Source: Chrysomallon squamiferum
Taxonomy: Eukaryota > Animalia > Mollusca
Length of the DNA: 64,000 nucleotides
Assembly (NCBI GenBank): GCA_012295275.1
Contig: CM022677.1
Coordinates: forward strand, 682,001-746,000
Reading direction: 5' to 3'
Shown here piece by piece: positions 1 through 12,429 of the stretch. The notes under the pieces were generated by a model. It was given only the letters and a program-made list of their open reading frames with translations. It did not search any database and was not told the origin of the DNA. Positions within the stretch are counted from its first letter, which is position 1, and each line of letters opens with the position of its first letter. The position numbers were made by a program, and so were the translations under genes.

Positions 1-1126
1 GCGGAAACTCCTCTGTGTTGTGTGAGGGAGAGGTGCGGAAACTCCTCTGTGTTCTTTGATAGTTTGGGGGGGGCGTTGGGGGTTTTGTTTTGTGGGGTTA
101 TTATGGCGATGTTTGTATTTTTGTTTGGGTGCTGTCGGATTTGTGTTGCTTGCTACTGTTAAAAAGTCGTTTTTGATTCGTGTTTGTTTGTTTGTTTCTG
201 TGTATGGTTTCTGTTTCTTTTTTTTCTTTTTTTTGGTGTTCACCTGGGTTAGGGGTTCTGCAGTGAAGGTGTAGTCCCCCCAGGTGCCGTAGGCCACCGT
301 TTTGTCCATTTGTTTATGGATGGCTTGACTACTTTTTGGGTCTTTCGAGTAACCAAGTTCGATGGGGGTATAGGGGTATAGGGTTTTTACGTGGGTGGGT
401 TCCCTCCTCTCTCGAGGTTCCTCTGTACACCTCTCGAGTGTGACACACACCTTTTGACACTCTGTGGGGTTGGGCATCAGTTCCATGCTCGTACCCAGTT
501 TGATGAGTGAGCTGTCCGACTCGGCCCTGATGAAGGTGATCTCATCAGTCAGCCGGGTGTGGAATAATGTGTCGTCCAACAGTCGCGAGACGGACTGTTG
601 GAAGAAGATGGCTTCGTACAGAGTCGAGTTTTTTTGTTAAACAAAACCCGCCTCAGCCCGGGGATTGGTGACTTAGCGGGTCTAGGGGGACTGGCGGACA
701 GTTTGAGTGATTTGTGAGAGCCCTGTTGGGGAACACCAGGGCTGAAAATCTGTTTGATGTGCTGACTGGAACCTGTCCTGGGTGGGTTTTCCTTTTTTTA
801 TTTTTGTTGATTTGTTGTGGGGACTCCGGAATGGTGGTCAGTCCGGTTGGGACATTTTGTGGGCCAGTTGAAGATTTGGTTACAGTCTGGGGGATAGGAC
901 AGGTTGGGGCGGGGGGAGCGGTCAGGTGTCGTCTCTACCAGTCCCACGTATATGGTGTCCCCCGCAGAGTTGTCAGATACATTTCCGTTGTCACTGTCGT
1001 CCGGGGAGCCAAGAGATTCCACGTGTGGTAGTCCCCCTCCGTTCAGCAGAGTTTTTTGGGGGGAACCTCTTTCTGGTTGTCATTTCCGCTGATACCTGTG
1101 CCGACGGATTTGTTTGTATCGGCCAT
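1..1126 (-). mobile_element. Degenerate gag/ORF1-like region of a non-LTR retrotransposon, running off the window start
   Basis: ATG at 1126 with strong C/A strand bias. Contains the PVSTSNRFSAL motif and a long open frame from ~630 to 1 (…TLYEAIFFQQ…YGTWGDYTF…), with TEEFPHL repeats at the edge. Stops and frameshifts occur in 640-1050. Confidence 0.55.
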
Positions 1127-1164
1127 TTTTATTTAGTATGCAATTGGTTAATTATTATTATTAT

Positions 1165-1205
<41 letters not shown>

Positions 1206-1640
1206 AAATTAAATATTTAATATAATGAAATAAATTAAATATTCAATATAATTAAAATTTCAACAGTAATGACACTACAGAAAAAGAGCAATAAACAAAG
1301 TTATTTATTTAAATTTAATTTTGATAATAATAATCCGAAAAATTTAACATTTAAATAATAATTATATATTTATATTTATATATATGAAATTAATACAGTT
1401 AGAATACACAAATTTAAAATATTTGACAAAAGCAGCACTGGGGGAGAGGGTTTGAGGTTGATAAATGGAGAGATAAGAGGGAGTTTTAAAGTTTCGTGCT
1501 GGGAGGATAGGATTCCTTTTCTTACCAAATTTGATGTCAAATGTTCTAAGTTCGAAATTGAAGTGGAATCCTAATTTGAGAAATTTAACAGATAAACAAA
1601 TAATCCACGATTGCTGGCAGTAATGCTTGTTCCTTCCGTG

Positions 1641-1766
1641 GTCGGGTTGCTGTTGGGACTGTGGATTCTGATTGGTTGGAGATATCTCGAATTTGATTGG
1701 TCGACCGGTTGTTGTTTGAGACTGGATTTCTATTGGCTGACGCTAGCTCGTCGTTGATTGGTCAGA
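1641..1766 (-). promoter_or_regulatory. Cluster of four CCAAT boxes in a ~62-bp imperfect tandem duplication
   Basis: ATTGG on + at ~1671, ~1697, ~1733 and ~1758, two per repeat unit, upstream of the ORF1-like region. Confidence 0.45.
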
Positions 1767-3539
1767 TCTCAATTACTTTTGCTGTTTGGCGATCGTGTAT
1801 AACGTAATCCTAAAAGCGCTTTTCCCAAGTATTCGTATCAAGTGCACACAAATGGAACGAATTTGCAAGAATAAATGAAAGGCAATCCCAAGTGAGAAAA
1901 TTGAACAATAATTCCTTGTATCGAAAAACGGAAACTTTCGAGCGAATCTGGAGCGAATCTGACGAAAAAAAGCAGCGAATCTGAGCGAAGGGCATATTTA
2001 GTGAATATTCTATAATTCATTACAAAGAAAACAAAATTACAGTTAAAAACAAGTCTGTCAAAGAGGCACTAATGAGGTTGTCACACCGTACCAAGCTGAA
2101 TAGCAGTGAAAGTTATTTTTATTTTAGTTTTTTTAAATATAGCTGCGTAGAAAATACAATCTTTACTGATGAAATACGACACAAAATGAAAACTGGTTTG
2201 CTTTATGACTGCAAATGAATGAAACTGGCTGATGGTATAAATCGGGTAATTTTACAATGAGTATTAATTAGAGTATGTTTAAATACTGCTGTTCACAAAT
2301 GTGTTATGATGGTTCACTGTGGAGTGCTATAAAGAGACGACTGTCACGGGGCTCACACCTTTAAACACCTTGGATGTTTCATTAAGGCTCAGTGTAGGGT
2401 AACAAGGTGCTTTAATGGCCACCTAACAAGGAATTACGACGCTAAAATGACAGCAAACTATATAAATCAATAATCTACCTATCCACTATGCAAGCTAAGG
2501 TTTACATTAATTATTTAACTATGATATACTGGTGACTTGATAATAATACATTATAAAATATACGTTTAAATCATTTTGGTAAATGATACGAGTAAGGTTA
2601 TAAAGGGAACCAAGACAAAATAAGAATCTGCACGGAGGACAGATTAAAACCTTAAATTTTTGGGTACAATAAATCTTATTGACACAGGTTAATTGCACAT
2701 TACACCCTATCAAAATAAGAATAGACAATTGCTTACCATACTCGTCCGTAAAGAAAATGTCATTCGAAAACATTTGGTTTCCCCGCCTGACTGAATTCTC
2801 GTCTTCACCGTTTCCTTCGCTTACTTCTCTACTTAATTACTAAAACTCAGCCTTCTTTAATAACAACGCCATGGAGTTGAAATATTTGCGGAAACAATAA
2901 AAAGAGCGATGTGATTGTAGTAATAATTAAAGTTAAGCAATTTCAATTCCATAGCTTAAAATAAAAGAGCGGATGTGATTTGAAGGAACAATCAAAGCTA
3001 AGCAATCTGAATTCCGTGACACTATATCAACATTATGACAGAAATATGGTGGTAAATAACTAACTGTTAGTATATACAGTTACTAATAAGACTGCAAACA
3101 GAGTGGGAAAAAACACCCAGATACTGTTTCGTTTAATTTTGACAATTGTTTTCTTTCTTTTTTTAAACTACGCAGGATTTGATGACATTCTACACAGACA
3201 TGCCAGCACATAAATAATTTTTATTATTAATAACCATCTACTTTCTCTCTTCAAGGAAATAAATTTTAATAATATCTTCCTGTAAAATGATGTCATTCCA
3301 GATTTTTTTTTTAATTTGTTCCTTATTATTATGTATTATCTTTGTTGTTTGTTTGTTTGTTCGATTTAACTAGTTTCGATAATCCATTTGGTGTCCGAAA
3401 GTTGTTACAAAATATTGATAAAGTCACGAAAAACAAAACAAAAAAAGGAAGCTCAAATCTGCGACGAAGGCATTTTACATAACCAATAAACTAATGTTTA
3501 CAAATCGTATGTAATTTTTACAGACAAACAGTGAAATAC

Positions 3540-3664
3540 CTAAATGGAGAAGTTCTGGTATCATGGCAACATCATGTGTATATCGTCTGCTGGGCTGCGA
3601 GAGAATTACAACTTTTGTGTTTTCCAGATCTGGTATCAAATGAAGTGGGATCACTTCTCCCCAT
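3540..3664 (-). pseudogene. MEMO/LigB-like gene exon 2, copy c
   Basis: 125 nt with AG/GT intact; encodes (R)WGEVIPLHLIPDLENTKVVILSQPSRRYTHDVAMIPELLHL(G). Confidence 0.8.
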
Positions 3665-4002
3665 CTTAATGTGTGCCAAATAAATAAATAAATAAATAAA
3701 TATATAACAAAATGAATACAAGAAAATGAAATTTAAAAGAAAAAATTGTATGACTCTACTTTACAAGAGTATTTATAAATAATGACAGTTTCGGGATAAA
3801 ATATATAGAAACATTTCTGTATAATATATTATCAATCGGATTACAAATAAATAAATAAGTTTTATATACTGTACGTTTCGAAAACGGCATATTGTGGGTC
3901 CTCAGTCTTTTGTGAGACATTGCATTAATCGAAACCAGAAATTGGTGTATCAATAACTATATTTTCATACGATAATGTTTTCTTGCTGTCAGTATTATTG
4001 GT

Positions 4003-4113
4003 CGTTGGAGTAGCCGTATGGGTCAGTGCTGAGATGCGTGTGTGCGAGGTCAGCGCTGATGATGACAACAACACGCTCTGGCGCGTCTTCCAAATACCTG
4101 TATAACTCAGCAC
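4003..4113 (-). pseudogene. MEMO/LigB-like gene exon 3, 3'-truncated copy
   Basis: Acceptor tttcag intact; encodes AELYRYLEDAPERVVVIISADLAHTHLSTDPYGYSN, then fuses to intron-1 sequence and stops. Confidence 0.8.
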
Positions 4114-6329
4114 CTGAAATTGATACACAGACAGGTAAAAGTTTAATTAATGAAGCAAATACCAACTTGTTATTTAGGCAGTTTGCTGTGTGACGTGTTA
4201 ACGTAAGCTGAATTCAAAGATAATGGTAACAGTTCAAAATTAGACATTTTCGTCAAATTGAAACATTTTACATAATATTACAAACGTTCGTTATATTGTG
4301 ATTTGCTCTTTCTTAATCTTAATTACAGTCCATCCTCTTTGTAATATTGACAGAAACTCTCAGTTAATTTTGGCATTACAAGGAGTTGGGTTATAAGTTT
4401 TCTGAGATGCTAATTTAAAGGATTTTAGGTAGTGCCATATGTCATGTGACTAGTCTGAGTGGTATTAGTACCTGAAAGGACAGCAGACTATAGTAGCATC
4501 ACGTGACAAGGTGTTAATTATCTCAGACAGCTTAACTATTAAATGACTATTCTCTATCCATAAGAGAACAATAACACAAACAATAATTCAGAATGGATAA
4601 TTGTTTTATATAATATATATATATATATGTTGTTAAAACAAATTAACCCTCAAGGGTAATATATAGTTACAAAGTTAAATCGTACGATTCCACGATACGT
4701 TATCAAAGCAAATAGCGTTGACAAATAATACAAAACTAATTCAGCCCAGTTGGTTACTTGATCTTTCTAAATAATCTTTTACTTATTAAAATACGTTATC
4801 TTTGTTTTTATAAATGTAAGTTTCTACCACAGAATAACACTATGAATAATTAAACAGTAATAGATTTAGCCATCTTCAATCATTCAAGATGTATGTTACA
4901 TATACAAAACATTAAACCATAATTTGCAGATAGCCTTTCTGAATTTACTTTGAAGCTTTTAATACCAATTTTCAGTTACTTAAACCCCAGTGTTTCTTAG
5001 TTTATTAAATGACGGAACTTCACCTAATTATATAAAACAGCTTCTTAATAGCACATGTACATCTGCATACGCTCTGCTATTTAGTTTTTGTGTATTTAAC
5101 CCTATTTTCTGCCATTAATTACGTAAAGAGTTAAGGACTGTAAAAATATAAATTATGAAGACGATTATACAACATAACTAAATAAATATTATCGTAATAT
5201 AATAAGATATTTAAGATAAAATGTAGCAGACATTCTGCTTTAATGGGCGTATAAAAATAAAGGTTTAGTGAATATTCTATAATTGACTACAAAGAAAACA
5301 AAATTACAATTAAAAACAAGTCTGCCAAAGAGGCACTAATCAGGTTGTCACACCGTACCAAGCTGAATAGCAATGAAAGTTTTTTTTTATTTTAGTTTCT
5401 TTAAAATATAGCTGCGTAGAAAATACAAACTTTACTGATGAAATACGACACAAAATGAAAACTGGTTCGCTTTATGACTGCAGATGAATGAAACTGGCTG
5501 ATGGTATAAATCGGGTAATTTTACAATGCGTATTCATTAGAGTAAGTTTAAATACTGCTGTTCAGAAATGTGTTATGATGGTTCACTGTGGAGTGTTATA
5601 AAGAGACGACTGTCACGTGGTTCACACCTTTAAACACCTTGGATGTTTTATTAAGGATCAGTGTACGGTAACAAGGTGCTTTAATGGCTTCCTAACAAGG
5701 AATATAAACGCTAAAATGACAGCAAACTATATAAATCAGTAAGTCTACCTATCCACTATACAAGTTAAGGTTTACATTAATTATTTAATTATGATATACA
5801 GGTGACTTGATAATAATACATTATACAATCATAAAACATACGTTTAAATCATTTTGATTAATGATACGAGTAATGTTAAAAAGGGAACCAAGACAAAATA
5901 AGAATCTGGACGGAGGACAGATTATAACCTTAAATTTTTGGGTACAATAAATGTTACTGACACAGGTTAATTGCACATTACACCCTATCAAAACAAGAAT
6001 AGACAACTCCTTACCATACTCGTCCGTAAAGAAAATGTCATTCGAAAACATTTGGTTTCCACGCCTGACTGAATTCTCGTCTTCACCGTTTCCTTCGCTT
6101 ACTTCTCTCCTTAATTACTAAAAGCCAGCCTTTTTTAATAACACGCCATGGAGTTGAAACATTGGCGGAAACAATAAAAAGAGCGATGTGATTGTAGTAA
6201 TAATTAAAGTTAAGCAATTTGAATTCCATAGCTTAAAATAAAAGAGCGGATGTGATTTGAAGTAACAATTAAAGTTACGTAATCTGAATTCCGTGACACT
6301 ATATCAAGATTATGACAGAAATTTGGTAG

Positions 6330-6411
6330 AAAGCGTGCCCGTCGCAGACGTGCTTCACAACAGCTTGCTCTGATTAGCACGTTAATTTTTTTTCCTATTC
6401 CTATTCCTCCT
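6330..6411 (+). mobile_element. Extremely 5'-truncated (~82 bp) LINE insertion with 9-bp TSD
   Basis: Matches the 3' end of the LINE at 8116-8195 (gctctgattagcacgttaa) with a (cctatt)n tail. TSD atttggtag at 6321-6329 and 6412-6420. The empty site is seen in the paralog at ~3044-3056. Confidence 0.9.
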
Positions 6412-6910
6412 ATTTGGTAGTAAATAACTAACTGTTAGTATATACAGTTACTAATAAGACTGCAAACAGAGTGGGAAAAGACACCCAGATACTGTTTCGT
6501 TTAATTTTGACAATTGTTTTCTTTCTTTTTTTAAACTACGCAGGATTTCATCACATTCTATACACAGACATGCCAGCACATAAATAATTTTTATTATTAA
6601 TAACCATCTACTTTCTCTCTTCAAGGAAAATTTTTTAATTATATCTTCCTGTAAAACGATGTCATTCCAGATTCTTTTTTTCTAATTTGTTCATTATTAT
6701 TATGTATTATCTTTGTTGTTGTTTCTTTGTTTGATTTAACTCGTTTCGATAATCCATTTGTGGTCCAAAAGTTGTTACAAAATATTGATAAAGTCACAAA
6801 AAAAAGACAGGAAGCTCAAATCTGCGACGAGTGCTGTTTACGTAACCAATAAACTAATGTTTACAAATCGTATGTAATTTTTACACACATACAGACAAAC
6901 AGTGAAATAC

Positions 6911-7035
6911 CTAAATGGAGAAGTTCTGATATCATGACAGCATCATGTGTACATCGTCTGCTGGGCTGCGAGAGAATTACAACTTTTGTGTTTTCCAGAT
7001 CTGTTATCAAATGAAGAGGCATCACTTCTCCCCAT
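6911..7035 (-). pseudogene. MEMO/LigB-like gene exon 2, copy b
   Basis: 125 nt with AG/GT intact; encodes WGEVMPLHLITDLENTKVVILSQPSRRCTHDAVMISELLHL. A ~21-nt stub of exon 3 lies at 7326-7346. Confidence 0.8.
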
Positions 7036-8115
7036 CTTAATGTGTGCCAAATAAATAAATAAATAAATATGTAACAAAATGAATACAAGAAAATGAAATT
7101 TAAAAGAAAAAATTGTATGACTCTACTTTACAAGAGTATTTATAGATAATGTCAGTTTTGGGATAAAATATATAGAAACATTTCTGTATAATATATTATC
7201 AATAGGATTGCAAATAAATGTATAATTTTTATGTACTGTACGTTTCGAAAACGACATATTGTGGGTCCTCAGTCTTTTGTGACAATTTGCATTAATCGAA
7301 AAGAGAAATTGGTGTATCAATAACTAATACCTGTATAAATCAGCACCTGAAATTGATACACAGACAGGTAAAAGTTTAATTAATGAAGCAAGTACCAACT
7401 TGTTATTTAGGCAGTTTGCTGTGTTACGTGTTAACGTAAGCTGAATTCAAAGGTAATGGCAACAGTTCAAAATTAGACATTTGTGAAACTCAAAATGTGC
7501 AACTTTCGTCAAATTGAAACATTTTACATAATATTACAAACGTTCATTATGTTGTGATTTGTTCTTTTTTAATCTTAATTACAGTCCATCCTCTTTATGA
7601 TATTGAGAGAAACTCTCAGTTAATTTTGGCATTACAAGGAGTTGGCTGATAAGTTTTCTGAGATGCTAACTTAAAGGATTTTAGGTAGTGCCATATGTCA
7701 TGGTGACTAGTCTGAGTGGTATTACTACCTGAAAGGACAGCAGACTATAATAGCATCACGTGACAAGGTGTTAATTATCTCAGACAGCTTAACTATTACA
7801 TGACTATTCTGTATCCACAAGAGAACAATAACACAAACACAAAAAATCAAAACCAATTCAGCCCAGTTGGTTACTTGATCTTTCTAAATAATCTTTTAAT
7901 TATTAAAATACCTTATCTTTGTTTTTATAAACGTAAGTACCACAGAATAACACTATGAAAAATTCAACTGTAATAGATTTAGCTATCTTCATTCATTCAA
8001 GATGTATGTTACATATACAAAACATTAAAACATAATTACCATTGTCTGCGTTTTCCTTTGTCTTGTGCAGACAAAGACTCTCAAGAATGGCACTGATCAA
8101 AGAGATCTCGTTCAA

Positions 8116-9105
8116 TGGAATGGAATTGAAAAACATTAACGTGCTAATCAGAGCAAGCTGTTTTGAAACAGGTCTGCAACGGGCACGCTTTCTGACAGGT
8201 CAGCGGGCGTGTCCGTCGCAGAAAAGAGTTTTGGGTAGGGAAAAGAATTGGTTCTCGCCACGATTGCAGGAGACAAGAGAATGTCCAGTATATCGGATCG
8301 TGACGAGTCGGTACCGATGTTTCGCAGCCGCAATTCGCCCCCTGTGGTCTCCGGCACAATCTCTCAGCCATCACCGGGTCCGTGTTGTTTGCCGTCCTGG
8401 TTGTTCTGCTCTTGGCTGCTGTTGTTGTTTCTTTTTCTGTTTAAAAAAAAAAGTTTAAAGTTTGTGTTTTGTGTTCAGAATGTAATTTGTTACTGCAGCG
8501 AGGACTAACTGTCTGTCTTTCATGTTTGGTGCCAGGATGTGTTGGAGCGTGAACTCGATTTTTAGTTCCTCCAATGTATTGAGTAGTGCTTGTCTGTCCT
8601 TGGCAAAATTCTGACAGTGAAACAAGTAGTGTTTCATGGTTTCTGAGAGTCCACAACTGCAGTTGGGTGATGTGTTGATGTTATGTTTGTATCGAATTGC
8701 GTTTAGATTGGTTGAGTAACCAATTCTGGCTTTGGTGAGATTGTTGTTGTGTAGTTTGTTGGCGAGTGTGATTTTGGGTGTTTTGTCGAGTGGTTTGATG
8801 TTTAAGTTCCATTTGTTTTTGGTGGTGTTCCATTCGTTTTGCCATTGTTTGTCGTAATGTTTGGCAGCGATGGAGACAATTTCGTTTATTCCGTAATGTA
8901 TGTCTGTGCAGATGTCTTCGTCTTTAATGCTGAGTGACTCTTTGGCGTAGTGGTCGGCAAGTTCGTTACCGATGATGCCGACGTGTGCTGGAAGCCACTC
9001 CATGGTTAGTTCTTTCTTGTTATGTTGTATGTCCTCGTGTAGTTGTTGTATTTTGCTGAGCAGGTCTGGTCTGCTGGAACTTCCGGACTGTATTGAGATC
9101 ACGGA
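8116..9105 (-). mobile_element. 3' part of an I/Nimb-type LINE: RNase H C-half, C-terminal zinc knuckle, 3' UTR and (CCATT)n tail
   Basis: ORF 8455-9102 has EWLPAHVGIIGNELADHYAK (RNase H) and CSCGLSETMKHYLFHC. The 3' UTR ends gcacgttaa…ccattccatt next to the TSD gatctcgttcaa (8104-8115). Confidence 0.9.
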
Positions 9106-9434
9106 ACTTTATTGTTGTTATTTACTTACCTGTTCGCCCCGCTCAGCACGCACTCGGCTCGGCGTACGGGAGGAAGGGAAATACCTTCGGGTTTGATCAG
9201 TCCGGAGTTGTTGTTGTTGTTATTGTTATTGTTATTGTTATTGTTATTTTGTTGTTAAGGTTATTGTTATTATTATTATTATTATTTTTTTTTTTATACA
9301 TTCACTGATTTATTTACTTATTTAATTTATTTATTTATTCATTTGTTATTATTTTTATTATTATTATTTTTGTTTAATTTTATTTATTTTATTTTGTTTT
9401 ATTATTTTATGTATTGTATTGTATTGTATTGTAT

Positions 9435-9466
<32 letters not shown>

Positions 9467-9752
9467 CGTGCGTGCATGCTTCGGTTTGAAAAAGGTGTCT
9501 TCCAACGTAAAACTGAATTGGCACATCACGACGGCGCGATTATTAATGCATTTCAATTTCAATGTTTCCTTTTTTTTTTTTTTTTTTTATTTTTTTTTTT
9601 TTATTATTATTTTTTTTTTTTAGTCATTTAGAAAATAAGTAAGTAAGTAAATAAATAAATAAAGAAAGAAACAAACAAACAAAGAACAAACAAACAAACA
9701 ACATACAAACAAACAAACAAACAAAAACTATTAATAATAATAATAAGGATGA

Positions 9753-9803
<51 letters not shown>

Positions 9804-9855
9804 TGATGATAATCATAATAAAAACAACAGCAACAGCAGCATCAACAATAATAAT

Positions 9856-9888
<33 letters not shown>

Positions 9889-10039
9889 AATAATTGACAG
9901 TGGACGGATGAAACCCGGCGGCTCTTTCCCTTTTCTCTCGTCATATTTTTATTTATTTATTTTTTTTTAAATTATTTTTTTCTTAATAATTATTTCTTTC
10001 TTTCTTTCTTTCTTTTTTTTTCTTTTTTATTTATTTATT

Positions 10040-10073
<34 letters not shown>

Positions 10074-10331
10074 CTTTAAGGTGATATTGACATCGGTAGT
10101 GAGTTCCGAGACCCACTTTTCAAAATATTGTTATACTTTATTACTAGGAAAGGCTGGTACCAGTGAACCTGGAATGTCTAAATTACACTGTGTCCATTAT
10201 AGAGCATCACCTATATTTTTATTAAGTTCAACTTTTATAAGTAAAAATCTTTTTCTTTGAGCTTAATTTTCACATTGCTTATTTACAGAATTTTCATCAT
10301 TTATCCCAAATAGTGACTAATGAACTTAAAA

Positions 10332-10419
<88 letters not shown>

Positions 10420-10642
10420 GTAATAATAATAGGCAGTGGACGGATGAAGCCCGACGGCTTTTTTCTTTTTTTCTCGTCCGCCGAGTGGAGTGCAGTCGAC
10501 CCGACCCGACCTGACCCGACCCGACCCTACCCGAGTGTAGCCGAACGGAGCTGAGCTGAGATCGGTTCCCATGGCAACGGTGAGATGAACGTTAGAAAAC
10601 TGGGTCTCGGTACTCGCTACCGATGTCAATTTCGCCTTAAAG
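10074..10642. repeat. 42-bp inverted repeats (10074-10115 / 10601-10642) with TTAA at the outer ends; MITE-like or local inversion
   Basis: ctttaaggtgatattgacatcggtagtgagttccgagaccca versus the reverse complement of 10601-10642: 4 mismatches in 42. Confidence 0.6.
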
Positions 10643-10870
10643 ACTGCACAAAAATTAAGAATAAAAAAAAAAAAAATAACAAATTATTGACAGTGACACT
10701 TTACAGTCCATCACCACGAAAGACGAAATGCTGTTCACAACAACAACAACAGCAGCAGCACCACCACGACCACCAGCACCAACAACAACAACAGCAATAA
10801 TGCTAATTTCGTGCAAAATGACTCCTGAACACAGGATAAGTACGAAACCTTTCTATTATAATCATTACCG

Positions 10871-10915
<45 letters not shown>

Positions 10916-10919
10916 TTAC

Positions 10920-10950
<31 letters not shown>

Positions 10951-11103
10951 GTATAGTACAGTACCGTAGATGCACAGACACACACACACACGCATGGTGC
11001 TTTCTTTCTTTCTTTGAGTAGAAGAAGAACAAGAAGATCGAATACTGCCAGCGGTTTATTTTTCTTTTTTATTTCTTTATTTTTCTTTTCTTTTCTTTTA
11101 TTA

Positions 11104-11134
<31 letters not shown>

Positions 11135-11255
11135 CTTTTTTTTCTTTTTTTTTTTTTTTTTTTTTTTTTTTCCTCATGTTTTTATCTTATTTTTTTTTTT
11201 TCATGTGTTTTTTTTTAAGTTTTACACATTTTATTTTATTTATTTTTTTTTTTAT

Positions 11256-11301
<46 letters not shown>

Positions 11302-11345
11302 GCCATCGTCATCGTTATTTAGCTCGCGCAATAAGAACAACAAAG

Positions 11346-11352
11346 ATAAATA
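11346..11352 (+). promoter_or_regulatory. TATA-like element at about -30 of the 5S gene
   Basis: ATAAATA at -30..-24 and C at -1, a known feature of invertebrate 5S upstream regions. Conserved upstream of the second 5S gene and both empty units. Confidence 0.55.
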
Positions 11353-11375
11353 GACCTCGGTTCGTTAAAGCGATC

Positions 11376-11494
11376 GTCTACGGCCACACCACGTTGAAAA
11401 CACCGGTTCTCGTCCGATCACCGAAGTTAAGCAACGCAGGGCTCGGACAGTACTTGGATGGGTGACCGCCTGGGAACACCGAGTGCCGTAGACA
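11376..11494 (+). rRNA. 5S rRNA: 5S rRNA gene
   Basis: 119 nt gtctacggccacaccacgttgaaaacaccggttctcgtccgatcaccgaagttaagc…gtacttggatgggtgaccgcctgggaacacc…gccgtagaca. Helix I pairs, the A-box and C-box are present, and (TTTTC)n terminators follow. Confidence 0.97.
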
Positions 11495-11554
11495 CGCCTC
11501 TTTCTTTTCTTTTCTTTTCTTTTCTTTTCTTTTCTTTTCTTTTCTTTTCTTTTC

Positions 11555-11585
<31 letters not shown>

Positions 11586-12230
11586 GTTTTTTTTCTTTTT
11601 TCTTTTTTTCTTTCAAATTTTTCAGACAGACAATTCGGCAGTTGCCTCATCTATTGACGAATAACCTACCCATTTACAATTGACCAGGTTCTCTTCGAAC
11701 ATTAAAAATGATTAAATTCTGTCTTAACTGAAAATAACGACGATTACGATTTAATTTATAAAATGATCAGACACGTTGTTGTTGTTGTTGTTGTTGCAGT
11801 TAGTCAGAAAACATCTTTACGAATGGAAGATCGAGCCCACTCCACAGACGACAGTGTGCCTAGTGTGCGTCGGTACCGTGGACTCGGTCTTGCATGCGTT
11901 TTTTTGTTCACTGCAGCAAAACTAACTCATTTATTAAACGTATTGAACCCTGTTGAAAAAAATCAAACAAACCAAAAAAAAACACAACCACTTTTTGGCA
12001 GCACCAAGTTCAAACTAAATCCATATAGAATGATTTTTGGAATCAAGCACACAAACGTGGTGGCGGCAACTTTGCATCGAATTTAGAGATTATGTTTCTC
12101 TGGTAATTTCGACGACTACACGAAACGAGAATTATTAGAGGGAGATAAGCCGTGTAAGGAAATGAAGGCTGTGACAGTGGACGGATGAAACCCGATGTGT
12201 TTTTTCCTTTTCTCTCGTCATACATACATA

Positions 12231-12264
<34 letters not shown>

Positions 12265-12368
12265 TTTTTAATATTTATTTCTTTATTTCTTTATTTATTT
12301 ATTTTTTTTTTTATTTATTTTTTTTTTTTTTTTGACCGCGTTGTGTATGTCTGATTGTGTGCGTGTGA

Positions 12369-12429
<61 letters not shown>

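Larger units (their letters stand above)
1996..8103. repeat. Two tandem copies (~3.3 kb; 1996-5263 and 5264-8103) of the segment carrying exon 2 and exon 3 pieces of the MEMO/LigB-like gene
   Basis: tttagtgaatattctataatt… restarts at ~1996 and ~5263. Further partial copies lie at 13044-14350, 19160-19597, 25744-27241, 27800-28350 and, inverted, 62873-63774. Confidence 0.9.

Noticed and set aside
8089-8115. Penelope-like minimal hammerhead across the rejoined LINE target site (ctgatca…aaaacgcgtg)
   Set aside because: Core positions deviate (CTGATCA, AAAA, GTG cleavage triplet); cannot be supported
9123-9132. tacttacctg resembling the U1 snRNA 5' end, or an SL-RNA donor on the minus strand, near 5S
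   Set aside because: No further U1 stem-loops or Sm site on either strand; only a 10-nt match
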